From: Patescibacteria group bacterium
Lineage (GTDB): Bacteria > Patescibacteriota > Microgenomatia > UBA1400 > PJMF01
Reading direction: 5' to 3'
Length of the DNA stretch: 64,000 nt
Assembly (NCBI GenBank): GCA_016861205.1
Contig: BOKX01000001.1
Location: forward strand, 895,835-959,834
Shown: piece after piece, positions 1 to 8,782 of the stretch
How positions within the stretch are numbered: the stretch's first letter is position 1
Layout of the letters: every line of letters begins with the position of its first letter
Notes under the pieces: generated by a model
The model's database searches: none
Told to the model about the DNA's origin: nothing
The model's input: only the letters and a program-made list of their open reading frames with translations
Translations under genes and position numbers: made by a program

Positions 1-2
1 TT

Positions 3-70
3 CAGCATGTTCCCCGCGCCGAAAACAAGCGCGCCGACGAGTTAGTCAACCAAGCTCTTGACGCGGCCTA
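3..70 (+). CDS. 3' end of an upstream gene (partial); C-terminus resembles RNase HI
   Basis: Frame 3 reads ...QHVPRAENKRADELVNQALDAA* with the stop at 68-70. This resembles the RNase HI C-terminus (E. coli ...GHAGHPENERCDELARAAA). Only 22 codons are visible. Confidence 0.4.
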
Positions 71-126
71 GAGGGTTGTCACCCAGCTACTGTACTTCGG
101 ACCCGCTTTTCTCCTAGAATAGCAAA

Positions 127-3105
127 GTGTCAGAGTTATTTATTACTCAAGTTGCAACAGATGAACCCACCGTTCTGCTTATTGGCGAGGGGTCTCTGGT
201 GGACGTGGTGAGTGATGTCACAGCGGCCATGGGCTTGCAAGTGGTGGTTGTCCCGCCCGCCAGCGACGCAGTACAGGCAGCTTTTCACCAAACCAGCGAG
301 TGGTACAAGATTTTTTTAATTCAAGACACAACTACCTTACAGCCAATCGATGACACGATTCTTGCAGATCTTTGGTCGAGACAAACACAAGTCACAGTGA
401 TTCTGGGTCAGCTTACCCCGATTTCAAGCACTCCCAATCAATGGGCCAGTTGGCAAGCAATTAGCTCCAGAGCTTTACAAACACTAGCGGCCGTGGAGGC
501 GAAGTTACCTAAAGCCAAAATTGTCGTAGTTCGCGACTGGATTGATCTGAGCGGCTGGCACGATGTTTTGGTTAGCTGGGGTGAGGCGACCGCAAACTTC
601 GCTTTTATAGATCCTCAGATAGATATATTTCCACTTCAAACAGAGTATTTGAGCGAGGCCCTATCAGAAAACATTTTCCGTCCGACTAGTCCAGCCAAGA
701 TGCTTATTCAAGGCCATGCGCTTTCGAGTCATCAGTTGTTGCATCAGTGTCAGACCGCCTATCACCGGCTTCATGGTATGACCCCAAGTATCCAGGCGCG
801 ACCCGTGGTTGGTCTGGAGCCTAGCGAAGCATATCTGCAACTGAGTGCTAAAAAACTACTCGATCTAAACCCCACCATTCAAAAAGTGAGTCGGCGCTGG
901 CCAAGTCCTAGCCAACTGAAGGCAGCTCGAACTGCCCCGGCGACCCTGGTGCCACCGACCTTGCCGCCCAAGCTGAACCGAGCCACCGACACTCTGGTAG
1001 TTACCAGTCCTGCCCCATCCGTGACTCCGACTGCACCTACTGAATCGGTCGCACCAACCATCACCAGGGAAAGCGCTCGGGTGACTATGCCGAGGCCAGT
1101 TCCTATTTCCAAATCAGATGCCAATCGAGCTAGTTCCCGACTCCGACCAAACCTCAGAACAGTTCCCCCGCGCAAATCTGAGTCGCTTGTTACCCAGCCC
1201 GAGGCAGAACTTGAGCAAGCCGTGGTATCCCTCTTTAGCACGTACCGAACTGATCACAAACGGTCTCAGACCGAAAAAATGGTCAAAGAAACGCGAAACA
1301 TCACCACTAGGAGTAAACGTCGTAAAAAGGTCTTTTTTCTAGGTTTGGCAGGCTTTGGCAGCCTAATACTCGTGACTGGGATGGCTGTTAGTTTTGTATT
1401 CGGTGGCTGGTTGTTGAAACACAACCTACAACACATTTTGGACACCTCAAGTGCGTCACAAGCTTGGGTCCCACTGGCAACGTGGCTGCAGTGGGAAAAC
1501 CAGCTGATCAGTGCGATCACACCACCCGGGTTTGGTGTGCAAGCTCGAGTCTTCAGTGAAGTTGTGTTCCGGAGCTTGAAGCTTCGGCCGCAGTTAATGA
1601 TTTGGCAACAACAACAGCTAAAACTGGTGAGCACCTTGCTAGGTGCTCCCGCCCTCACCAACAACGCACCCACCGTTTCGACAGAAAATCTCTATCAAGA
1701 ACTTTCGCAGTTGCAAGCCGCGCTCAAAGAAGTTCCGTTGGAAAGTCTGACAGCAAGTAATCAAGCGGCAGCTAGTGAGTTTCAAGCCTGGCTTGAGGCT
1801 GAACGTCAAGCCATGGCGGCATACCAACAGCTCCAGCCTTGGTGGCCAACTTTCTTCGGTCAGAATCAGCGGCGTGTGTATGCGATCGTGGTGCAAAATG
1901 AGCAAGAGTTGCGGCCAACTGGTGGTTTCATCCAGGCTTTAGCACTTCTAACTGTCGACAAAGGCACCATTGTTAACGTTCAGGTTTTTAGCAGCTATGA
2001 GCTAGATTCAAAGCAGACTGGCGAAGTGAAACCACCTGCCGACCTGCAAGCACAACTTGGCGAAAACCGATGGTTTTTGCGAGACGCCAACTGGAATCCC
2101 GACTTTCCCGCCACCGCCACCCAAATTAGCTGGTTTGTAGAACACAGTGGCGGTCAAAAACCAGACGGAGTAATTGGTTTAACCATTGAAGGCTGGCAAC
2201 AGCTAATTAAGGCCACTGGCCCAGTGGAGCTGACCCAGTTTAACGAAACAATTACAGACAGGAATCTCAACGAACGACTCGAGTTTCACTCAGAGATTCA
2301 GTTTGCAAACGCCAGTGATAAACCAGACTACACCTCGACGCTGCTCAAAACATTCTTAGGGCAGCTGGGTAGCCTCAGTGCTGAAAAACAGGGTGCGTTG
2401 GTCTCGGCTCTCGTCACAGGTTTAAAGCAACAAAACATCCTGTTTTCGATGGTAGACCCGGTTGAGAACCAGCCGTTGGCTGCGTTGGGTTGGGACGGAG
2501 CCCTGCTTAGTCCGGACTGTCCAACCCGACTGGCCGACAAAGAGTGTTTAGTTGATAGCATTGCTCAAGTTGAAACAAATGTCGGCATCAATAAAGCCAA
2601 CTACTATCTGGATCGACGGGTTACACATGAGGTGACGATTGAGGCCGACTCGGTCCGGCATCAACGTACATTGGTGCTCAAGAACACCGCTCAAACGAAC
2701 GCTTGGCCCAAAGGTGCCTACAAAACGTACCTACGATGGTACGTACCGGCTGATGCACAACTCGATGGGGTGACCATTAACGGCACTCCCCTCTCCCCTG
2801 CACACATCGGCCTGCAGCAGCAAAGTGGTAAAACAGTTTGGTCAATCGTGAGCGAAGTGCCTATCTTGTCAGAGTCAACTATTGTCGTGCAGTACCATCG
2901 CCCCCTCCCCCACTCCCGAGCGTTTGCCTATGCTTTCTTCGACCAAAAACAACCAGGAACGCAAGAATCTGCCCAAATCCAAATAAAGTATCCAAAAGAG
3001 TTGGTGCCACAGCTTGTTGCTCCTCAAGCAACGCTATCCCCCAGTGCGATTACTTTCACCGAGCCGAGCCTCACGCACCAAGTTGTAGGGGTCTCGTTTA
3101 AATAA
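127..3105 (+). CDS. Large hypothetical membrane-anchored protein (992 aa): cytoplasmic N-domain, Pro/Thr-rich linker, one TM helix, ~570-aa extracytoplasmic C-domain
   Basis: Long intact ORF. Pro-rich segment (PATLVPPTLPPKLN...PAPSVTPTAPTESVAPT). Basic stretch KRRKK followed by a hydrophobic helix VFFLGLAGFGSLILVTGMAVSFVFGGWLL. No recognisable catalytic motif. Confidence 0.65.
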   Translation: MSELFITQVATDEPTVLLIGEGSLVDVVSDVTAAMGLQVVVVPPASDAVQAAFHQTSEWYKIFLIQDTTTLQPIDDTILADLWSRQTQVTVILGQLTPISSTPNQWASWQAISSRALQTLAAVEAKLPKAKIVVVRDWIDLSGWHDVLVSWGEATANFAFIDPQIDIFPLQTEYLSEALSENIFRPTSPAKMLIQGHALSSHQLLHQCQTAYHRLHGMTPSIQARPVVGLEPSEAYLQLSAKKLLDLNPTIQKVSRRWPSPSQLKAARTAPATLVPPTLPPKLNRATDTLVVTSPAPSVTPTAPTESVAPTITRESARVTMPRPVPISKSDANRASSRLRPNLRTVPPRKSESLVTQPEAELEQAVVSLFSTYRTDHKRSQTEKMVKETRNITTRSKRRKKVFFLGLAGFGSLILVTGMAVSFVFGGWLLKHNLQHILDTSSASQAWVPLATWLQWENQLISAITPPGFGVQARVFSEVVFRSLKLRPQLMIWQQQQLKLVSTLLGAPALTNNAPTVSTENLYQELSQLQAALKEVPLESLTASNQAAASEFQAWLEAERQAMAAYQQLQPWWPTFFGQNQRRVYAIVVQNEQELRPTGGFIQALALLTVDKGTIVNVQVFSSYELDSKQTGEVKPPADLQAQLGENRWFLRDANWNPDFPATATQISWFVEHSGGQKPDGVIGLTIEGWQQLIKATGPVELTQFNETITDRNLNERLEFHSEIQFANASDKPDYTSTLLKTFLGQLGSLSAEKQGALVSALVTGLKQQNILFSMVDPVENQPLAALGWDGALLSPDCPTRLADKECLVDSIAQVETNVGINKANYYLDRRVTHEVTIEADSVRHQRTLVLKNTAQTNAWPKGAYKTYLRWYVPADAQLDGVTINGTPLSPAHIGLQQQSGKTVWSIVSEVPILSESTIVVQYHRPLPHSRAFAYAFFDQKQPGTQESAQIQIKYPKELVPQLVAPQATLSPSAITFTEPSLTHQVVGVSFK

Positions 3106-3311
3106 AGATTGCTACATGGCGCCAAATAGCCGACAACGACCGTGAAAACAACACTCAAAAATTGCTTTCAGGCAGAAAAGCCGATTTTGATTGATACAGC
3201 AACCGTGAAAACTTTTCCAAAAAAAGCTACCTGGCACGTGACCTGGCTTGCCAATTAAGATTTTATTATATTTTTTTTAGTCGCTCTTGGCGGGAAATAT
3301 GCCGGTAGATC

Positions 3312-3340
3312 TTGCCAAAAAACCAGTCATCAAGTATACT
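3312..3340 (+). promoter_or_regulatory. Sigma70-type promoter for rplY (TTGCCA-N17-TATACT)
   Basis: -35 TTGCCA at 3312-3317, a 17-nt spacer, and -10 TATACT at 3335-3340. This lies about 38 nt upstream of the 3378 ATG, which has an AGGA ribosome-binding site. Confidence 0.5.
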
Positions 3341-3377
3341 TGCTTCCTTGTTTGCAAGTCTTTAGTTAGGACAATCT

Positions 3378-4040
3378 ATGGTTAACACGACATTTAACGT
3401 CAAACCTCGTCAAGAAGTAGGGAAGGCTGTCAAGAAATTGCGCCAAGCCCGTCAAGTTCCAGCCCAGATTATGGGTGCCATGGAACAGCCCATCTCAGTG
3501 GTGTTTGGTGAATCAGCTTTCATCAAGTTGTACGAGTCAGTTGGTGACACTGGTCTGGTGTATGTGTCTGTGGAAGGGGAGAGTAAACCCCACCCAGTTC
3601 TGATTGAGGAAGTGCAAGTTGACCCATTAACAGGTCAAGTTATGCACGTTTTGCTCAAGCAAGTGAACCTAAATGAAAAGATCGAGGCCGAAGTGCCAGT
3701 TGAACTGGTGAACGGCAAAGAAATCCCAGGTGCTGTTGTGATCACCGTCCGCGACGTGATCGAGGTGCAAGCCTTGCCAGCCGACCTGCCAGAGAAATTC
3801 GAGATCGACATCTCCGGTTTGACTGAAATTGGTCAAGATATCAAGTTTTCACAACTCAACTACGACAAGAGCAAAGTTAAGCTCATGCTTTCCGACGAAG
3901 AGCTCGACACCCCAGTGGTGCTGCTCCAGGCTGTGAAAGAAGAGGTCGAGGAAGCTCCAGTCGAGGCGCCAGCTGAAGGTGCCGAAGCCGGTGAGGCCGC
4001 GGCTGCCCCAGCTTCTGAAGCCGAAGCCAAGTCAGAGTAA
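3378..4040 (+). CDS. rplY: 50S ribosomal protein L25 / general stress protein Ctc
   Basis: N-terminus MVNTTFNVKPRQEVGKAVKKLRQARQVPAQIMG... and the overall L25/Ctc beta-barrel pattern. Acidic Ala/Glu-rich C-terminal tail typical of the Ctc form. Confidence 0.85.
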   Translation: MVNTTFNVKPRQEVGKAVKKLRQARQVPAQIMGAMEQPISVVFGESAFIKLYESVGDTGLVYVSVEGESKPHPVLIEEVQVDPLTGQVMHVLLKQVNLNEKIEAEVPVELVNGKEIPGAVVITVRDVIEVQALPADLPEKFEIDISGLTEIGQDIKFSQLNYDKSKVKLMLSDEELDTPVVLLQAVKEEVEEAPVEAPAEGAEAGEAAAAPASEAEAKSE

Positions 4041-4060
4041 ACATTTTTAGTGTAAAGTAA

Positions 4061-4086
4061 ACCCCCACCTCGAGTGGGGGTTTTTG
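4061..4086 (+). terminator. Rho-independent terminator after rplY
   Basis: Stem CCCCCAC / GTGGGGG with loop CTCGA, followed by TTTTT. Confidence 0.7.
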
Positions 4087-4199
4087 GTTCCAGCGTGTTT
4101 TTTTTCAAAGTACAGGCAGTGCTCTGGCGGGCTCGACAGCCCTAACATGCTGACACGGAACCAGAAGGACGTAAGTTAACTACTGGGGTTGATACCGGC

Positions 4200-4646
4200 T
4201 TAGTTGGCCTTAAAAACAGGGAAGTTGGGATCGATTGCCTTGGCTTGGAGCCACCATTGTGTAGCAGCCTGAGAGTCACCAAGTGCATTGGCTAAAATGG
4301 CCAGGTTAATGAGCACATCTCGATCGGTTGGTTGTTGCTGATGGAGGTCAAGATACTGAACATATGTGGTTTGGAGCTCAACAGGGGAGAGGCGACGAGT
4401 TTGGGTCAAAACACCAGATTGGGCAGTGATGGTAAGTGGCAGTTCAGTTTGGACAGAGTCAACTTGGGGAGAGCGGTATTGTGCCAAGCTGACTAACGCT
4501 AAGCCTAAAATGGCCAGCCAGCCAACCACGGCGGGACGCCACCAGTAACAGCCCCAGAACCAAATGGTCGACCACGCCACAGTCCAACCGAGGCGGAGAG
4601 CAAACCAGGCTTTGTGCAGTTGTGACATGACGTTATTGTGCCGCAA
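4200..4646 (-). CDS. Small hypothetical membrane protein, translationally coupled downstream of valS
   Basis: Its start overlaps the valS stop by 14 nt. Trp-rich TM region (WTVAWSTIWFWGCYWWRPAVVGWLAILGLALV). TPR-like C-terminal helix pair. Confidence 0.5.
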   Translation of the reverse strand: MRHNNVMSQLHKAWFALRLGWTVAWSTIWFWGCYWWRPAVVGWLAILGLALVSLAQYRSPQVDSVQTELPLTITAQSGVLTQTRRLSPVELQTTYVQYLDLHQQQPTDRDVLINLAILANALGDSQAATQWWLQAKAIDPNFPVFKAN

Positions 4647-6888
4647 TTGGCCAGGGTGTGGCTACCAGGAGTTCTGATGTCTGGGGGTGAAGCTCCGCCC
4701 AGATAGCTTCAGTTACAAATGGGGCAAAAGGATGTAGTAGCTTCAAGAAAACATCTAGACCTGCCACCAAGACAGTGGGGGAGAGCTGGCCTTGTTTGGC
4801 ACTTTCGATGCACTCGTCGCAGTACCAGTGCCAAAACTCGGTATAGAGTGTATCAGCAGCTAGGCCCATCTTGAGGTCGTGCAGTTGCTGTGTCACTGTG
4901 GTGATGATTTCATCCAGATGCTGAGTGAAGGCTTCATCTTGGGGTAGGGTAGAGGTAGCTGCTGGGGCGGTTTCAGCTAGATTTTTGACAAATCGGGCGC
5001 CGTTCCATAGTTTGTTGGTGAAGTTTCTCATGGCCTTAAAATCGGCTTCTCCCACTGATTTATCTAGACCTGCCGTACTCCGAATAACTAAGGCCATTCT
5101 GAGGGCATCAGCGCCGTAGGACTCGATAATTGCCAGTGGGTTAATGACGTTGCCCTTGCTCTTGCTCATTTTCTGACCCTTTTGGTCGCGAACGAGACCA
5201 TGAAGATACACGTCGGTGAAGGGAACTTGATCAGTTAAAAACACCCCCATCATCAGCATGCGCATCACCCAGAAAGGCAAGATATCGTACCCAGTTTCCA
5301 TGACTGAGGTGGGGTAGAAGCGGTCGAAATCACCAGGTTTGTTAGTCTTGAGAGTGACGACTGGCCACTGCGCAGAGGAAAACCAGGTGTCAAAAGTGTC
5401 AGTTTCTTGAATGTAGTCGTCGCCTGGAGCCTCGACGCTGACAACATACTCGGCCTCGATGGGTGCCGACAGCTGCTGCAAGTTTTTAAGTGCAGTCTCG
5501 AGCTCACCAGGGTGTTGTTTGTCTTGCTCAAGCACGCCTTCCAGGCTTCGAGTTGCCCGATTTTGTTCGCGATCGATGTACGTCAGAGTCAGGCTTTTGT
5601 TTTTTTTGTTGGAAAGTTGATACCACACTGGCAAGCGGATTCCCCAGACAATTTGACGACTGATGTTCCAGTCTTTGAGATTGGCGAGCCAATGGTCCAA
5701 GATTTTGTCATGGCCTGCCCCGTGAATGGTGGTTTTGCCTTCTGACAGAGCAGCCTGGACAGGTTCAACGAGAGGTCTTACCTTGATGAAAAACTGTGCC
5801 AAGGGGATTTTTTCAATAACGGTACCACAGCGGTAACACACTCCGACGCGATTCACGTATTTGGAGTTGGTTTTTTCGGTGTCAATGTGCCCGCTGGCAG
5901 TCAAGTCGTCAATGATTTGCTGTCGCGCCGCGGCCAACTTCAAACCAGCATATTTGTCACCACCCAGAGCGGTGATCTTGCCAGTCGTATCGAGTGCAAG
6001 GCGGATTTCCAAGTGGTGGCGTTGACCAACTTCCCAGTCAGTGGCGTCGTGTGCTGGCGTGATTTTCACAACTCCAGTGCCAAACTCTGGATCGACAAAA
6101 CTGTCCTCGAGAATCGACATGGTTTCACCGGTTAGTGGATTGAGGACTTGCCGTCCAGCGTAGTTCTTGGTTTTGGGGTTGTCAGGATGAATGGCTAAAT
6201 GAGTGTCGGCAAAAATTGTCTCTGGTCGAGTGGTGGCCACAGTTAAGAACTCATCGGGCTTATCGATGAAAAAGTACTTCACGTACACAAGCGAGGTGAC
6301 TTGCTCGGTGTGGTTTACTTCTAGATCAGAATAACTAGTGCCACAGCGAGTGCAGTAATTCACCTGTCGCCATTGGCGGTAAACAAGTTCACGTTGGTGG
6401 AGTTTCTCGAAAGTCTGGAGCACAAACGCCACAACCTGAGGATCAAGTGTAAAGCGAAAACGGCTCCAATCGGCGCTTGCCCCGAGCTTCTTGAGTTGGT
6501 TAACGGCCACATCAGAGTTCTCTTGAACGTAGTCCCAGATCATCTGGTACAACGTGTTGCGGTCGAACTGGAACCGAGATTTGCCATCTTTCTTGAGTTT
6601 TTTTTCAAAGACAAACTGTGTTTCGATGCCGGCGTGGTCGGTGCCAGGAATCCAGACGGCGTCGTCACCCAGCATGCGATGAAATCGAACGAGAATGTCC
6701 TCAAGGGCCACAAACATGGCGTGACCAATATGCAGGGGGTCGTTGGCGTTGGGTGGCGGCATGATGACACTAAATGACTTGGCCCCGGTTCGCGTGGCGA
6801 GATAAGTGTCGGGATTAAATGCCTGAGTTTCGGTCCATTTGGCCGAGATGCGGTCTTCATGTTGTTGGTGATCGTAGCGAGAGTCCAT
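4633..6888 (-). CDS. valS: Valine--tRNA ligase (compact, 751 aa)
   Basis: Class I aminoacyl-tRNA synthetase HIGH motif PPPNANDPLHIGHAMF and KMSKS motif KMSKSKGNVI. N-terminus ISAKWTETQAFNPD is typical of ValRS. It is shorter than typical ValRS (~860-950 aa), so the C-terminal coiled-coil is probably absent. Confidence 0.88.
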   Translation of the reverse strand: MDSRYDHQQHEDRISAKWTETQAFNPDTYLATRTGAKSFSVIMPPPNANDPLHIGHAMFVALEDILVRFHRMLGDDAVWIPGTDHAGIETQFVFEKKLKKDGKSRFQFDRNTLYQMIWDYVQENSDVAVNQLKKLGASADWSRFRFTLDPQVVAFVLQTFEKLHQRELVYRQWRQVNYCTRCGTSYSDLEVNHTEQVTSLVYVKYFFIDKPDEFLTVATTRPETIFADTHLAIHPDNPKTKNYAGRQVLNPLTGETMSILEDSFVDPEFGTGVVKITPAHDATDWEVGQRHHLEIRLALDTTGKITALGGDKYAGLKLAAARQQIIDDLTASGHIDTEKTNSKYVNRVGVCYRCGTVIEKIPLAQFFIKVRPLVEPVQAALSEGKTTIHGAGHDKILDHWLANLKDWNISRQIVWGIRLPVWYQLSNKKNKSLTLTYIDREQNRATRSLEGVLEQDKQHPGELETALKNLQQLSAPIEAEYVVSVEAPGDDYIQETDTFDTWFSSAQWPVVTLKTNKPGDFDRFYPTSVMETGYDILPFWVMRMLMMGVFLTDQVPFTDVYLHGLVRDQKGQKMSKSKGNVINPLAIIESYGADALRMALVIRSTAGLDKSVGEADFKAMRNFTNKLWNGARFVKNLAETAPAATSTLPQDEAFTQHLDEIITTVTQQLHDLKMGLAADTLYTEFWHWYCDECIESAKQGQLSPTVLVAGLDVFLKLLHPFAPFVTEAIWAELHPQTSELLVATPWPIAAQ

Positions 6889-6918
6889 GAGGGGAATTAT
6901 ACCTCAGTGAGAGCAAAA

Positions 6919-8709
6919 TTACTGACCGACCCCTTGCAGGTACTTGGCTGACCAAGGAATGTAGTTTGATGTGTAAACTTCCTCGCGGAGCACTTGGCCG
7001 GTTTTGTCTTTGACAACATTTTTGAAGCTGGCTCGAATACCGCTGGCTGCCCAGTCAACTTGTTTGACGGTGCCGGCTGGCAGAGAAGGGTCGGGAATGT
7101 ACACGGCTGGTGGGGCCGGTCTGGCATCCCAAGTCTTGTGGTCAACGATTTCTGTAGTTCGGCCATCAGAAGTGCCGTAAAGTTCAACGCGCATGTACAG
7201 TTTTTTGCTGTCGGTTTGGGTGTGAATCAAGATGTGGTGGCCAGTATCGTTCTTAAATCGCAAGTCAACATCACCGCTGTACACGGTAGCGTCGACACCT
7301 GGCTTGCTGTCGAGTTCATAGTAACTAACGCGGTAACTATGCGCGCGACGCTTGGTGACTGGAAGACCGGCGTTGAGCACCGCTCGGAAAGTGGTGGTGC
7401 TGACTTGGCAAACGCCACCGCCGTCGCCAAGAACGGTTTGGCCACTGCGGATCACGTAGGCCGGTTGGAAACCAGTTTCTTTTGACACGTCACCTAAGGC
7501 TTTGTTAAACGAAAACTCTTCGCCAGGCTTGACCAGGTAGTTGTTGATTCTGGATGAGGCTAAAGCCACGTTGTGGATACGACTGGGGATTGAGTGGGCG
7601 TACTCACTTTCGCCAAGACCAATTCGTTCCTGAATACCCAACTTGTTGGTTTCCCCGAGTGATCGAGTTGGAGAGCTGGTGCTGAGTGGTAGTTCTTTCT
7701 CGAGTTGCTTAGTTTTAGAGGTTGGATCTAATGCCTCAAACTCAGCCAGTGACTGCTCGAGGGTGGTTTGAAAAGTGGCTGCATCAAGCTGAAGCCCATC
7801 ACGCGGCGGTGTGAAAGCGGTGACTTGCAGTGTGTCAGGATTGTAAGTGAACTCTGGTTCTTGAGGTTGCCGATCAATTTGTTTGGCAATCGATTGGGTT
7901 GTTTCTTCAAGTTTGTCTTGGTTGGTGCCTGTTGGAAAGGCGAGCCACCCAATCATGTCGCGGTCGCTTACGGCCGTTCGATACTCCCCATTCTTAAAAA
8001 AGATTGATTTACCAATTAATTTTAACGATCTATCCCTGGCTTGTTGCTGTTCGGTCTCGCTGAGCGGGGGTTGGGTAGCTTTAATAACGGCGGACCAGGT
8101 TTGGTTTTCTGGGCCAATGTTTTGAGCCAAGTTTGTCAAGGTGGCGGCTTCGTCAACCAAGAGACCTTGTTTGCCTGGCCGGATTTCTAAGCTACTAGCC
8201 ACACCGCTAGTCTTGAGGATTGCTGCAGGAAGTTCTCCAGGATCTTCAACCTGGGCGGCGAGAGTTTTGACGAACTCGGCCAATTTATCGGGATCAGCTT
8301 GGTACTTCGGTTGGTACCGAACGCCCTGATACCAGGTTTGAGCAATGATGAAGGGGCGGAATCGCCACTTGCCTTGGCGACCGTGTTGGTATGCCTGGCC
8401 AAGAGTGGTTTCAAAGTCATAACTAAACCCGAGTTGTGCGGAACTGGATGACAGGCTGGTGGTGTTGGCTGTGAGTGTGAGAACAGTGTCGGGAAGTGGG
8501 GAGAGGTTGTCAGCAATTTTGGCTCGCGCTTGCGAAAGTGTTAGACCACCAACGGGGACTGAATCGATCATGACACCTGGGTAGAAGCGGTTTTGAAAGT
8601 ACCAGAAAAAACTGACGGTGCTCACCAAGCCCAGGCTTAAACCCAACAAAATGGCCCAGCCCAGTTTTGGCATAATTTCTGTCTTCACCTTTGGTTTTGT
8701 TTTCGCCAT
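6919..8709 (-). CDS. VanW-domain protein with N-terminal membrane anchor
   Basis: VanW signature ...GDGGGVCQVSTTTFRAVLNAGLPV.... The ORF track extends to 8826, but the likely true start is the ATG at 8709 (MAKTKPKVK...), followed by the TM helix LGWAILLGLSLGLVSTVSFFWYF. The longer extension would overlap the divergent neighbouring gene. Confidence 0.75.
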   Translation of the reverse strand: MAKTKPKVKTEIMPKLGWAILLGLSLGLVSTVSFFWYFQNRFYPGVMIDSVPVGGLTLSQARAKIADNLSPLPDTVLTLTANTTSLSSSSAQLGFSYDFETTLGQAYQHGRQGKWRFRPFIIAQTWYQGVRYQPKYQADPDKLAEFVKTLAAQVEDPGELPAAILKTSGVASSLEIRPGKQGLLVDEAATLTNLAQNIGPENQTWSAVIKATQPPLSETEQQQARDRSLKLIGKSIFFKNGEYRTAVSDRDMIGWLAFPTGTNQDKLEETTQSIAKQIDRQPQEPEFTYNPDTLQVTAFTPPRDGLQLDAATFQTTLEQSLAEFEALDPTSKTKQLEKELPLSTSSPTRSLGETNKLGIQERIGLGESEYAHSIPSRIHNVALASSRINNYLVKPGEEFSFNKALGDVSKETGFQPAYVIRSGQTVLGDGGGVCQVSTTTFRAVLNAGLPVTKRRAHSYRVSYYELDSKPGVDATVYSGDVDLRFKNDTGHHILIHTQTDSKKLYMRVELYGTSDGRTTEIVDHKTWDARPAPPAVYIPDPSLPAGTVKQVDWAASGIRASFKNVVKDKTGQVLREEVYTSNYIPWSAKYLQGVGQ

Positions 8710-8782
8710 AATAACCACATACACTCTACCTTGAAGTAGGTAAAGTGTGGTACTATTGTGCCGAACTATCGGTCTTTCGTCC

